DNA of 63,950 nucleotides, filler included, from Neolecta irregularis DAH-3 (GCA_001929475.1; 16 parts of 16 records of this genome joined end to end with filler, not necessarily neighbours in it), one strand, 5' to 3'; positions 39,001 to 50,384 are shown, counted from the whole stretch's first letter. Notes: generated by a model from the sequence alone, not told the origin. Numbers and translations: made by a program.

Positions 39001-39766
39001 CCAGCTTGGGAGGATATTCCTCTTGTCAGCCAGCCAAATCCAAAATTTCGTCGGCCTCGCCCAATTCAGGTTGACAGTAAACAAATCCATATTCCTTCAT
39101 CAGAAATACTTTCTCCAAGCGTCATGTCTGAAGATTACTTATCACTACCCTCTGTGAAATCAGCGTCTGTTCAATGGTCGTATGTCCCGAGAGGAAGCCT
39201 TGAATATTACAGCTGGAATCCTGAAAGTAGATCATCGCAGCATATAGCCAAGACTGATGCCGAGACTTTTCACATTGACAAGCCCGCGCGAAGAATTTGG
39301 CTCGTCAATCGTGGTGCGCAGACTTTTTATCGTGAAGGATATTCCGCAGCAAAGTCACAGGAGGCGTCGATCCATGAATTTTATGGTTCCGAGTACGCAG
39401 GAGATTCTGAAATATCGATAGTACCATCCTCGCAAAGTAGTGCTAGGTCCAAAAGACGCCATAATTTGTCAAAGAATGCCGCACGTACCCGAAGGATAAG
39501 AAGAATTCAGTCATTTACCACTGAATACGACTCAACGGTATCTTCTGGATCTGCAATCTTGGTACGAAAGCATCTCTACAAATTACAAAATGATGGTGAA
39601 AAAACTCTTTTACGATAAACCATTAACGCATCCAGTTTTTGCCCTTGATTCATCTTCACCGCTTATCAGGTTTTTCGCGCGGTTTTCTCGAAAGAAGATC
39701 GCCAAAGAAACCATCGAGCATGCGCAGATCTCTCGAAAAGCTCGCAGACGAACCATCATCGTTTGA
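33061..39766 (+). CDS. Very large Ser-rich, probably intrinsically disordered protein (~2000 aa if one multi-exon gene)
   Basis: Consecutive same-strand ORFs (33280-33840, 33891-34217, 34304-35203, 35140-38022, 38128-39618) separated by short intron-like gaps or frame changes; no recognisable domain; exon structure uncertain. Confidence 0.55.
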
Positions 39767-40013
39767 ACCTGCTGTGCTTGATTAGCAATTTTTGGTATAT
39801 TTTCTGATATCAATTTCTATAGCTAGAGTCCCATTGTTATCGTTATTTTTGTGCTCAGAAAAATAACATCTATTGATAGGAATATGATTCAAGTTCAGGT
39901 TTTGAGTATCCAAAATAGTACAAAGTTTAGCACACTTGAAGCAATAAGTGACGAGATAATTTCAAGGAAATTTGCAACAATAGGGGTCAAGGAAATTGAT
40001 TCTCCTAGTTGGA

Positions 40014-41473
40014 CTAACTACTTGAAACATCTTCAGGTCGTATAGTAAGATTCTCACGTGCAAAACTAGAATATATGATTGCCGAGAAGCCTTGTAATTG
40101 CGGCACCCGTTCCATCGCCTATAATGAGTTTTGCGGAGAGGAATACGACTTACATCAAGGTAATCATTTGGTATGCCATGTGCTATGAGATGCGCCTGTC
40201 TGGTGATGACTGCCATTATATTAGCCAGTCTCGCCTTTTTGTCCGGTTCAGATTCAACAAATACAGTATGAGCGAGTTTTGTGTTTACAAGAATGTCAAA
40301 GCCTTGATTAATGCATTCCCGGAGGACAATATGTCCATCGTCCGAGTCGAGAAAATCGGCCATTTCATCTAAAAGACGACGAAGTTGTGGCATGATAGAT
40401 TTCGTGGTCCCAGTAGATTTACTCAAGACGAAAGACTCCTCTTCGAGGGGTGGTACAAGGTGAGAGAGCCATCAGAAATTCAGCATTTACATAACTGGTA
40501 GAAACACACGAGTATTGACCATTTGGCGATGTGGTAGAGCCCTCAACGATTGCTCTGACTTGAGCCAGAGCTTCGCTCATTTCGGAAAGTGATAATCCCT
40601 CTCGAGGGGAAATCCTGCAATTTAGCGACTCCATTGCGCTGTCCAACTTACGAGTCGAATACATCGGAAACAGCTCCTTGAACGCGTTCCAGAATTGATA
40701 TCCACCCACGGTTTATGAGCCACCAGCTAAAAGTCAAGAAATCTCTATCAACGGCACGGTCCAAAGTGCCGGAACTTTCGAGTCTGATAGTAGTTTCGTC
40801 ACCTCGTTCTACAAGGGATACTACTGAAGACACGTAATTTGAACGCCCAATGATATTCAATTGCACTCGAGTCAGTAAACCTAGCAATCCCAGCGAGTAG
40901 ATGAGTGTAATTGTGCGTGTCAGAGCTTTATGTCAAACCAAGAAAGTATCGAGGCGTACTCATAATCTTCAATTCATTCCATAATTCAGTCTTTGACTTT
41001 GGTGTACGTAATTCAGAATTGGGATTTGGCGTATCGGAAACGAAAGAGCGAACACTCATCGTATCATCCGGTGTCTCGCTGACCATCGAAGAAGCAGATT
41101 TAAGACTCTTGTCTCCCTTTTTTGATTGCAGCTCAGCTGTAACTTGCTCGACTTTCAAATGGTTGAGTATTTGGCCTGCTATTGAAGGAAGTAGAGCCAT
41201 CACTGTAAATGTACAATCTTGTTGGTTTTGCTCGAATCGACGGCGTAGACTGCTATTAGTATCCCAAATACCAAGATACTTACTTTTCTCGTGCGGAACG
41301 GTCTCCCGACATCTTGTCTTGTACTTCTTCAAGCTTTGATCGAACATATTGTATTGCAAAATATCCACCTGCGACAATTGCAGTTCCTGCTATAAATTTT
41401 CTGCAAGTTAGAGCTGAATTCTTCAATGCAACCTCTTATTCCGTCTCGCAAAATCCTGGCAGGAGGCTATCAT
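40014..41473 (-). CDS. PEX3: Peroxin-3, multi-exon
   Basis: MIASCQDFARRNKRKFIAGTAIVAGGYF, LRRRFEQNQQDCTFTVMALLP, ELWNELKI, LLTRVQLNIIGRSNYVSSV, FLTFSWWLINRGW, LANIMAVITRQAH, FSAIIYSSF. Confidence 0.95.
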
Positions 41474-41679
41474 TGGCTGTGGGGAGTGACGGTGTTGAAC
41501 AGCCTGTTTAGCGCAAAATATTTAGAATCACAAAGTGTCATCGGAAAAAATAATAAACTACTATTTCTCCATTTTCTTGTCTTTAGCATTTCATATTGTA
41601 TCCCTGTTTCGAAAAGGTTGAAATCACATGATATTTGTCATTCTGACTTGGCAGACCTTGATACGGCAGACAAACTAAT

Positions 41680-41900
41680 TAACCCTCTCACCTGTTATTG
41701 CCTGCCCTCCTTGCCCTTTATCGCCCGCCCTCCTCATCCATTACTGCTCCCCCTCCCCCTCCTTGCCCTTTATCGCCCAGCCCTCTCACCTGTTATCGCC
41801 CGCCCTCCTCGCCTGCTATCGCCCCACCCCCTTCGCCAGTTACTGCTCCCCTTTCACCCACTCGCCTCTCCCACCTGCCGCCTTCGCCCTCGCCCTGACT
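41680..41900. repeat. C/T-rich dispersed repeat (same family as 47260-47905 and 62728-62885)
   Basis: Shared words CCCTCTCACC, CTCCTCGCCTGCTATCGCCC, CCCTTTATCG, TTACTGCTCCCC. Confidence 0.8.
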
Positions 41901-42621
41901 TTGAGAGAGCGGGCAGGTAGTTGAAATAAATCTCTTCCTTTTATATTATGCTAGCTGGAGCTCAGCAATCGTTGATCGTTTACCTCCACATACATATGCA
42001 GAATGTCCAACACACCGCCTCTTGTTGCCCCTCGATTATTTCAATTGCGGTTTGTACAATGGGAAGCTTAACCCAGAAACTTCGAATATTACCAATCCTG
42101 AGAGATCTGACATAGCTAGTAGCGAACGGTGAATATATTGTCGGATAAGGGTTGTGAACAATAATTTTAACCACGAGGCTGATAGAGACAGAATATACCA
42201 GAGGCGCAACTGGGAGCCAGTGGCGAGACTAATTTAACCGGGGAGGGTGTCCACCACACAACGCTACAGACAGGATCAGACCCAGAGGACGCCACCAATA
42301 GAGGGCGTCCTCCCGGTCCAAGACTTTGGATCCCCATGCGGAAAGTGCTCCACCTGGACCAGGCAGATTGGCGCTGAGGACGGGTATTTATGTAGCGCCT
42401 AACGCAGCTATTTATTTAGGGAATACAAACCATCTGCCAAGCTGATTATGTTTATGCAACTCAATATTCTTTGCATATCTGCCAGTTTACTCTTCCGACT
42501 GGTAGACTGTACTTGGGACTCNNNNNNNNNNNNNNNNNNNNNNNNNNNNNNNNNNNNNNNNNNNNTTAATTAATTAANNNNNNNNNNNNNNNNNNNNNNN
42601 NNNNNNNNNNNNNNNNNNNNN

Positions 42622-43264
42622 AGCCCCAGAAAGCCATTTCTTAAAATTAAGTGCTCTTGGTCGGTTTGCATGTATGGCAGTTTGGCAGACCGTAAGAAAA
42701 GCCTCGCTGATAGCCCATTCATCGTGACTGGGGTATATGCTGGTTCCACTATGGTCTAACCCATAACGATTTAAAAGTTCATTAGCCCATCCCTTTTCAG
42801 ACATTTTCTCAGGAGAAAATCTCGCAATAATGTCTTCGAATTCAATTGATTTACGGATTCTAGAATATCAAAAAACTTGCAGCTATCAAAGGCATATACT
42901 TGTATGCTGCGAACACTTGATAACCTGTCCGCGGAATTGACTCAGGAAACTGAGAATGCTTTGGAACTCTCTCAAACATTTGATCATACATTCGACAATA
43001 TATCGTACGATTGTCCAAAAATGTGTAGCCGATCAGGTGAAACACCGAGCAAAAATAGTCGGCTGAGAGGCACTTTGTCGCACACCATTCTGCGGCTGCG
43101 TTGTCATCTAGACCTGGTGGAAGATATAAAGAATCATAATTTCCTTCGTCTAAAACATGGACTTGGATAAGATCCGCTGTGATATTGCTGAAAGAATCGA
43201 GATTTGTTGTTGGTGAGTAGAAGAGAGTATAAGGCGCGATCAAACACAGGAGCTTTGAGAACAT
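42622..43264 (-). CDS. Secreted PAN/Apple-like domain protein, probably spliced (intron 42860-42899) to an unknown C-terminal domain; 3' end cut by gap
   Basis: Hydrophobic N-terminus; WCATKCLSADYFCSVF..YCRMY (C-x3-C..C..F..C); a 40-nt GT-AG intron joins YK|IRKSIEF..MSEKGW in frame. Confidence 0.6.
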
Positions 43265-43614
43265 ATTTTGGAATAATTCTATGGGAAGAGGAAGTCGCTT
43301 TTATAGGAAATTTGAATGAGCATGTCTTAAGGAAGCTGCAATTTTTCTTTTCTCTTATCTTTCTGACTTCCATCTGTTCCAGATTTCCTGCGAGCATTAT
43401 GTCCAGCGGGCGGGCGGCTAAATAGTTCTCTGGCGGGTGACTGGGCACCGTTTACGCTGCCGCCTGATGCAGGAATTGCCAATTTAAAGTCGGACAACAT
43501 TTTTTGGTTCAATCGGGTTGTCAATCGGGGATTGATTGATTGATTATGTAATCAATCAATCTTAGGTTAAGGTATGCCTGCTAAGTCTTCATATACTTGC
43601 TAAATACAATTGCC

Positions 43615-43675
43615 GTTATTTCTTTTCCGCCACTTGCTTCATTGGTAAGTATCCGGTTATACCCCGGATATCCTT
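43615..43675. repeat. Dispersed ~65-bp hairpin element (copy 2)
   Basis: Matches window 1-66. Confidence 0.85.
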
Positions 43676-43909
43676 ACAGGAATTATGCCAGACAACTTAC
43701 CTTTAGTTCAGTCATTAATTGAGTAAATATTTTCTGCAACGTATTCAACATTTGTTCCAACTCAAGCATACCCTGAACTTGCATTATGATTGCTTACAGT
43801 GTTTTGGGTTTATACTCCAAGAGTAGTGTCAGCTCTAAACAGTTTAGATAGTGCGTTTTACAATGCTGGTCACATTTATCCCTTTCAGGTTCTGTCTTGA
43901 CTGCTACAA

Positions 43910-44391
43910 ATGGTCTCACCAATGCAACGAGTTCCCTTGGCAGCTATTCTTATTAGATTTCTCGTGTGTCTACGACATCAGGGCGCAAGCGTGGTTGTTT
44001 CAACATACGATACCGAGCCTTCGCTGCAGGTCTCTAGCGTTTATAATGAAACCCTTGGATTCGGTCGAATATATTGTACCAATCTTCCACATAGAACAGA
44101 CCGTCGCGATGCAATGCAACTGAATTCAATCATGTCTGGGATTTCTGTAGAATTCATTGATGGCGTATATGGTGATAAAATTGATAACAGGGCGCTCGTT
44201 GGCCATCCTGATCGTAACATGCCTGAAGGTGAAAAGGATGGGGTTTGGGGATGTTGGAGAGGCCATTTAAATGCGTTGAATGCATTTTTGGATTCAGGAT
44301 TGGAGGCAATTTTACCCTTGCGAGCTCTGCTAAAGAGATAGACGGCATTGATACTAGAGGACGACTTAAACTGGGATATCCATTTAAAGGA
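43910..44391 (+). CDS. Glycosyltransferase family 25 (fungal LPS-GT-like); 3' end cut by gap, start uncertain
   Basis: NETLGFGRIYCTNLPHRTDRRDAM, FIDGV, GCWRGHLNAL, LE|TALILEDDLNWD after a GC-AG intron. Confidence 0.85.
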
Positions 44392-44491
44392 NNNNNNNNN
44401 NNNNNNNNNNNNNNNNNNNNNNNNNNNNNNNNNNNTTAATTAATTAANNNNNNNNNNNNNNNNNNNNNNNNNNNNNNNNNNNNNNNNNNNN

Positions 44492-44694
44492 AGCTTGAGG
44501 CGACGCCGTATCAGGGTAACGGCACCCCCAGGACGGATTTCAAGGTGGAAAACGTCAATTATTCGAACTGGAATCAATTGTTGGTCGGTACTCAAGGCAC
44601 GTTTTTCGATTGTGGGAGTTTTGTTAGCGTAACGTCTGAAATGAATTGCGAACCGGTTGAGTTTTGGCTTCAGTATACAAATCCGATCCAGTAG
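44492..44694 (+). CDS. C-terminal fragment of a probable small secreted beta-rich protein (5' end cut by gap)
   Basis: Open frame LEATPYQGNG..FKVEN..LLVGTQGTFFDCG..NCEPVEFWLQYTNPIQ*, with a paired-Cys pattern typical of small fungal secreted proteins. Confidence 0.4.
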
Positions 44695-45372
44695 GCGAAT
44701 GTTTGAGGAGTAAGTGAGTAGAACAAGATGTTGCGAGTTTTGTGATAAGCACAGAGGATGTAGCGAGTTATAACCGTACAATATATAGCGATTTTTAATG
44801 ATTGTACGCAGAGTTGCCAACAAGTAAGCAAGTCTGGCTTTTGCACTTGTATATTTCATGCCTTTGGACTTGCTTGCTTGGACTTTGTATTTAACTTGTT
44901 GATAGATTTAGTGTTTGCAACTTGGCGACTTGACATATTGTAAGCAAGTATAAGCTAAATGTAAAAGAAAAGATATATTAATATAGATATTATATTACCA
45001 TCACTCCGACCCCAGCTTCGCTGGCCCGGGCGGGCCGGTGGACACTGTCGCTGGCGGGCTGCTGCAATAATAACTGGCTGAAATTTAGATCGATGTGGCT
45101 AAAATGTCACCTGCCTCACTAAATGCTCGTTCACAAAAGAAATGTACGCTTTGTCCAGACTTGTTAGAAGTGTGGCCGCTACTTGTCTGGTCTAAGCCAA
45201 GTAGTCCATTTTGGAGTGGGCGTCTAATCTTTTCGTCGCTCCATGGTCTACTCTATGATGTCACCGCTAAGTTGGGATGAAACATAGAAAAATCTAACCT
45301 ATAAAACCAAAGACTAAAACCACCAAGTTTCAGACCAGATTGAGTTCAGACTGGACTACTGAGGGGCCCGTC

Positions 45373-45466
45373 TATAAATACAGTGTTGTGGCCCACCATG
45401 TGTCCCTCATTTGATGAAACTGTTTGGTATTCTGGTTGCTTTTGCCGTCGCCGCATCCTGCTACGT
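45373..45466 (+). pseudogene. TATA box plus signal-peptide start of a secreted-protein gene abutting an LTR-like insertion
   Basis: TATAAATA at 45373; ATG at 45414 encodes MKLFGILVAFAVAASCYV, then the repeat begins (TGTAAG). Confidence 0.5.
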
Positions 45467-45532
45467 TGTAAGTGTTGAAGCTCGAATTCGAATAAGACCA
45501 GGTTTATTATACTAGCCTGAGTGACTGAACTT
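45467..45532 (-). mobile_element. LTR-like terminus (inverted copy of 32569-32632)
   Basis: Reverse complement near-identical to 32569-32632. Confidence 0.65.
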
Positions 45533-45632
45533 NNNNNNNNNNNNNNNNNNNNNNNNNNNNNNNNNNNNNNNNNNNNTTAATTAATTAANNNNNNNNNNNN
45601 NNNNNNNNNNNNNNNNNNNNNNNNNNNNNNNN

Positions 45633-47168
45633 TTCAGTATTGATATGTGGACAGCTCCTACACATACAGGATACCAAGCAATTGTTGCTCACTTTGTCGA
45701 TTCCAATAAAAAGAAGATTACAAAGGCTTTGCTTGCTCTACCAGAGCACAAAGGCTCGCATGGTGGAGAACAGCAGGCTAAGGCATTTATGGACGTAGTT
45801 GATGATTATGGATTACGCTCAAAGCTCGGTTACTTCGTATCAGATAACCACCCATCTAATGACAAAATGTTACGACATATAGCTGAAGAAATACCAGGTT
45901 TCAATCCCATTAATAGAAGAATCCGTTGCAATGGTCATATTATTAACTTGGTCGCTACTGCATTCCTCTTTGCAACGGACAAAACATCAGTAAAAGCAGC
46001 TATGGAATATACCAAAAATCTTGCTTTAGATGAACAATCCGAGAAGAAGCCAAAGGAAGAGACAGCAAATGAGTGGCGAAAGATGGGTCCTCTTGGTCAA
46101 TTACATAATCTCATTGTCCATATCCGATCGTCAACACAGCGTTACAATACTTTTAAAGCTCTCACAGGACGTTCAATCCCACTTGACAATGATACACGGT
46201 GGAACTCTTGGTGGCTAGAGCTTCATATCTCACTATCCAAACGCAAGGAACTGATGAGCTATAGTGATGACTACTACGATGAGCTCAAACATGATTTTCT
46301 TAATAGAGAGAAATGGGAAGAGCTACAGGAGATCCATGATTGTCTCCAACCATTTTACGATATTACAATTGATACTCAGGGTGATCAAAGTACGATTGAT
46401 CAGATTCTTACAGATATGGACTTCCTCGTTACTCATTTAAAGCAAATGGAGCAACACTATCGTCTAACAAACAATAGTACACTTTTGCAACGTGTTATGA
46501 ATTCTTGGTATCTATTTGATAAGTACTACGATCTGACAGATGATTCTCCGGCATACGCAGCAGCTATCCTTCTTCATCCATCACTCCGAAAATCTTACCT
46601 TGATAAGAAATGGTCACACCAAGCTCAATATATTCCAAGTACAATTGAGAATGTAAGAAAGTTATGGAAGAAGGAGTACAAGATGGAGAGGGTTGTACAA
46701 ACGGAAGAGGTTAATGCCAGTAAGTTCCAGAACTGGAGGAAAGAAATTTATGAAGATGATATCGTTGATGAATATCAGAATTTTATCAATGCACCAAGGC
46801 ACAAAATCGTCGGGACTGCCCTTGATTGGTGGCTCGAGCCAACTCAACAGGCAATGTATCCAAACCTCTCTCATATGGCGATGGACATTTTCTCGATTCC
46901 TCCTATGTCAGTAGAAGCTGAGAGAATCTTCGCGGGTGCACGGCGAACAATGTCTTGGACAAGGTGCACATTGGGAGGACGTATGGTGGAACAAACAGAG
47001 TGTTTGAAGTCGTGGGTACGGGAGCAGCTCTCTGACGGCATTTTTAAAACTGTTGGGGAGGTAGAGGAGGCTGCAGATACGGCTGTGGAACAGCTGAGTA
47101 CTAACGAGATATCAGCAAGGTCAAGATATACTCCAGAGGGTTCGCCAGAGCCCTATACAGATGATTAA
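45633..47168 (+). mobile_element. hAT-superfamily transposase ORF (507 aa intact, 5' end cut by gap)
   Basis: SIDMWT, YFVSDN, RIRCNGHIINL, DNDTRWNSW, YAAAILLHP, LDWW..YPNLSHMAMDIFSIPPMSVEAERIFAG (hAT dimerisation domain). Confidence 0.95.
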
Positions 47169-47259
47169 GGCTTACTACAATGTATATATCCTGTTTTGAT
47201 TGATTTGAATTGATTTATCTCAAGTCGTCCTTCAGTACTGCAACACTCTTTTGTCTACC

Positions 47260-47905
47260 ACCTGCACACCCTCGCCCGGATCGCCTACTCACTTCCTCTC
47301 AATTCCTCTCGATTCCTCTTGCTCCCCTGCCTGTTACCCTCATCTGCCTTACCTGCTCACTTCCTGTTACTCCACTACCCATCACCGCCTCTGCCCTGGA
47401 ACCCGAACCCTTGCCCCACCTGCCAGCTTTCGCTGCTGCTTCCACGCCGCTGACTGTCGCTGCTGCTTACCGGCCACCGGCTTTCGCTACTGCTTCCCTA
47501 CCGCTTGCCAGTTGCTACCCGCCCTCCTCACCCTGCCCCGCCCTCCTCGCCCATTATCGCCGTTACCCCTCCCACTCCCCCTCCTCGCCCTTTATCATCT
47601 CGCCCTCTCGCCTGCATCGCCCACCCTCTCGCCTGCTATCGCCCTGACCTCTTGCCAGTTGCTGCCCGCCCTCCTCCCCCGTTACTACTCCCCTTCCCCC
47701 TCCTCATCCTTTATCACCCTGCCCTCTCACCTTTTACTGCTCCCCCTCCCCTCCTCATCCATTATCCCCCGCCCTCTACACCAGTTATCGCGCTCCCTCC
47801 TCGCCTGCTATCTCCCAGCCCACCTTGCCTACTGCTCCCCCTCCCCCTCCTCGCCCTTTATCGACCCGCCCTCTCACCCATCATCGCCTACCCTCTCGCC
47901 TGCTA
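47260..47905. repeat. C/T-rich low-complexity repeat block
   Basis: Pyrimidine-rich on + strand; degenerate CTCCTCGCCC/CCCTCTCGCCTGCTATCG units. Confidence 0.85.
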
Positions 47906-47907
47906 TC

Positions 47908-48560
47908 GGAAAAGATATCTTTTGGCACTGAAATTGCCCTTGAAACCACCATCGGTGGTTCTGATCCGAAACCACTACTGAGAGGGACTGGCTGACTGCG
48001 AAAATTACCTACTCTACACAAGTAAACCTTCAATTCATCCAGCAATTCCTCCTCAAGCAATATCGGAAGGATGAGCAAGTTCTTCAAGGTATTATTCTGA
48101 TCGACTGCTGGCCAATACCAACTACCAGGGCTTATGGCACTCGAAAAGTTTTGACTATCAAGCGGTTGATGAAGAAAAGTTCAATTAGTACCACATTTCC
48201 AATGGAAGAGGACGGCGAGACAAAAACCATTAGCATACAACACTATATGAAGATGGCTATAACAAAGATATCTGATATCCACAGCTTTTCTGTTTGTTCT
48301 GCCATTCTTCGGTGGCTCACATATAGGCGTTCAGAGTACCAAAGGAGATATCGTTCCCCTTGAGTTCTGCATCGTGCATCCCATATAATTCATGCATTTG
48401 AAGACTCTCTAAGCTTAGGGTCAATGCTACACTTGAGTTATAGCCCATGCGCTCAAGGACAAGCTCAAGATAACCGTGTTGAGATGACTGCCGATCTTAA
48501 GCCATGGTTCGTCAAAGTCTTGAAACCTTAAGGGATAAATGCAAATAAATACCTCAATAT
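47908..48560 (+). pseudogene. ago: Argonaute gene fragment (end of N domain joined to PAZ and start of L2), internally deleted, with introns, stops and frameshifts
   Basis: AKITYSTQVNLQFIQQFLLKQYRKDEQVLQ|GLMALE; KVLTIKRL..STTFPMEEDGETKTISIQHYMK/YNKDI*YPQLF|CVQSTKGDIVPLEFCIVHP..GQ.Y; GINANKYL. Confidence 0.75.
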
Positions 48561-48869
48561 CTTTCATCATTCTTGCTGCCTATCTTACCATCAAGTGCCT
48601 GCAGGTTTACTACGCCCATATTGTGGGTCAACGACTCTGTACCCATTTGTTTTGCGATTACTATGCAGAGTCATATTTAACGTTACATCTCTCATCATCG
48701 AAAACGCAAGCACACAGACAAATATCACCACTATTCTAATCAATATTGGCAATTGTTCAAGGCAATGATTAGGCAAAAAAGTTCTATTCATGTGGTATGT
48801 AGAGATTAATAGACAAAGTATCTCTTTGGTTAGTCCTGTGATGCTGTAAGCCAACTTTGATTTTGCCCA

Positions 48870-49725
48870 GGCCGGACGGGCAAGGAGGGAGGGATGCCCA
48901 GGATGGGCGAGGTGGGAGGGATACACGGACGGGCGAGGCGGGACGGATGTATTGGACGGGCGAGGCGGGACGGATGTATTTGATGAGCGAGTCGGGACAG
49001 ATGTATTGGATGGGCGAGGTGGGACGGATGTATTGGATGGGCGAGGAGGGACGGGACGCGAGAGATGGGCGAAGAGGGAGTGACGAGCGGGACGGGCGAG
49101 CCGGGGCGGATGAGTGGGACAGGCGAGCCGGGAGGGATGCATGGGATGGGTGAAGTGGGACGGGACGCGAGGGATAGGCGAGCAGGGAGTGAGGAAGGGG
49201 TGAGGAGGGAGTGACGAGCGGGACGAGCGAGCCGGGAGGGATGAGCGCGACGGGCAAGCCGGGAGGGATGAGCGCGACGGGCGAAGTGGGACAGGACACG
49301 ATGGATAGGCGAGGAGGGAGTGTGGGACGGGTGAGGAGGGAGTGACGAGCGGGACGGGCGAGCCTGGAGGGATGAGTGGGACGGGCGAGCCTGGAGGGAT
49401 GAGTGGGACGAGCGAGCCGGGAGGGATACATGGGACGGGCGAAGTGGGACGGCATGCGAGGGATAGGCGAGGAAGGAGGGAGGGACGGGCGAGGCAGGGC
49501 GGATGAGCAGGACGGGCGAGCCGGGAGGGATGCATGGGATGGGCGAAGTGGGACAGGACACGATGGATAGGCGAGGAGGGAGTGACGCGCGGGATGGGCG
49601 GGGCGAGAGGGATGCGTGGGATGGGCGAGGCAGGAGGGACAGGCGAGGTGGGACGGGCAAGGAGGGAGGGAACGTGCAGGACGGGCGTGGCAGGACAGGC
49701 ATGGCGGGACAAGAGAGGAGAGGAG
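48870..49725. repeat. G/A-rich tandem-like repeat block (units such as GGGACGGGCGAGCCGGGAGGGATG)
   Basis: Strong purine/G skew on + strand; spurious Pro-rich ORFs in three minus-strand frames. Confidence 0.9.
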
Positions 49726-49917
49726 GAGCCTTACCAGAGCCATATGAGGATGACTAACCTTAATAGGATAATACTATTTATATCTTATATTGATGCTATT
49801 TATATATTATTTTGATACAATTGAATCAATTGAATCATACTGAATCCAAAACCTGATTCAGTGCGGATTCATGAATCCACCATTGGATTCAGTATCAACC
49901 GATTCATTACACCACTG
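49726..49917 (+). mobile_element. 3' end of a second related hAT copy with subterminal GAATC/GATTC repeats and terminal ..ACACCACTG
   Basis: CCAGAGCCATATGAGGATGACTAA (PEPYEDD*) mirrors the transposase end CCAGAGCCCTATACAGATGATTAA (PEPYTDD*); CACTG terminus. Confidence 0.7.
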
Positions 49918-50056
49918 AGAGGCAGGAGAGTCGGGCGGGAAAGCAGGCCGAGTACCGTCCAGTCGGTTAGGAACGCTGTATGCAGCACTGCCCTAACTTA
50001 CAATAAGCCTGTATGGCTTATGTGCTTACACATTGAAAGGTCTAAACAGGGAACCT

Positions 50057-50284
50057 TTATTCTTCAATTTGTCCCTGAACACCATCCTTCTTACCGCTCT
50101 TTTCTAGTCGGACAACATTTCTTTCTAGTGTGTACTTTTTTAACAACAAGGAAACTAAAGACCCAGTAAAGATAAGGGGAGTAATAACGATCCAAATAGC
50201 CGAGATACTTCTGGCATATGCATGTAACACACGGTCTCTGAATTCGCCAGGTTGGATTCTAACCAAACTTTGGACATTTTCAAA
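50057..50284 (-). CDS. C-terminal fragment of an MFS drug:H+ antiporter (DHA2-like)
   Basis: RDRVLHAYARSISAIWIVITPLIFTGSLVSLLLKKYTL. Confidence 0.65.
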   Translation of the reverse strand, partial: FENVQSLVRIQPGEFRDRVLHAYARSISAIWIVITPLIFTGSLVSLLLKKYTLERNVVRLEKSGKKDGVQGQIEE

Positions 50285-50384
50285 NNNNNNNNNNNNNNNN
50301 NNNNNNNNNNNNNNNNNNNNNNNNNNNNTTAATTAATTAANNNNNNNNNNNNNNNNNNNNNNNNNNNNNNNNNNNNNNNNNNNN

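Noticed and set aside
42140..42521. Possible solo LTR with a GAGGACGCC/GGCGTCCTC hairpin and TATA-like motif on the minus strand
   Set aside because: No second copy, TSD or PBS visible in the window, so it cannot be supported.
48591..49743. Three overlapping long Pro/Ser/Arg-rich ORFs on the minus strand (likewise 47210-47981 and 61707-62383 on plus)
   Set aside because: By-product of C-rich repeats that lack stop codons; no domain or gene signals.
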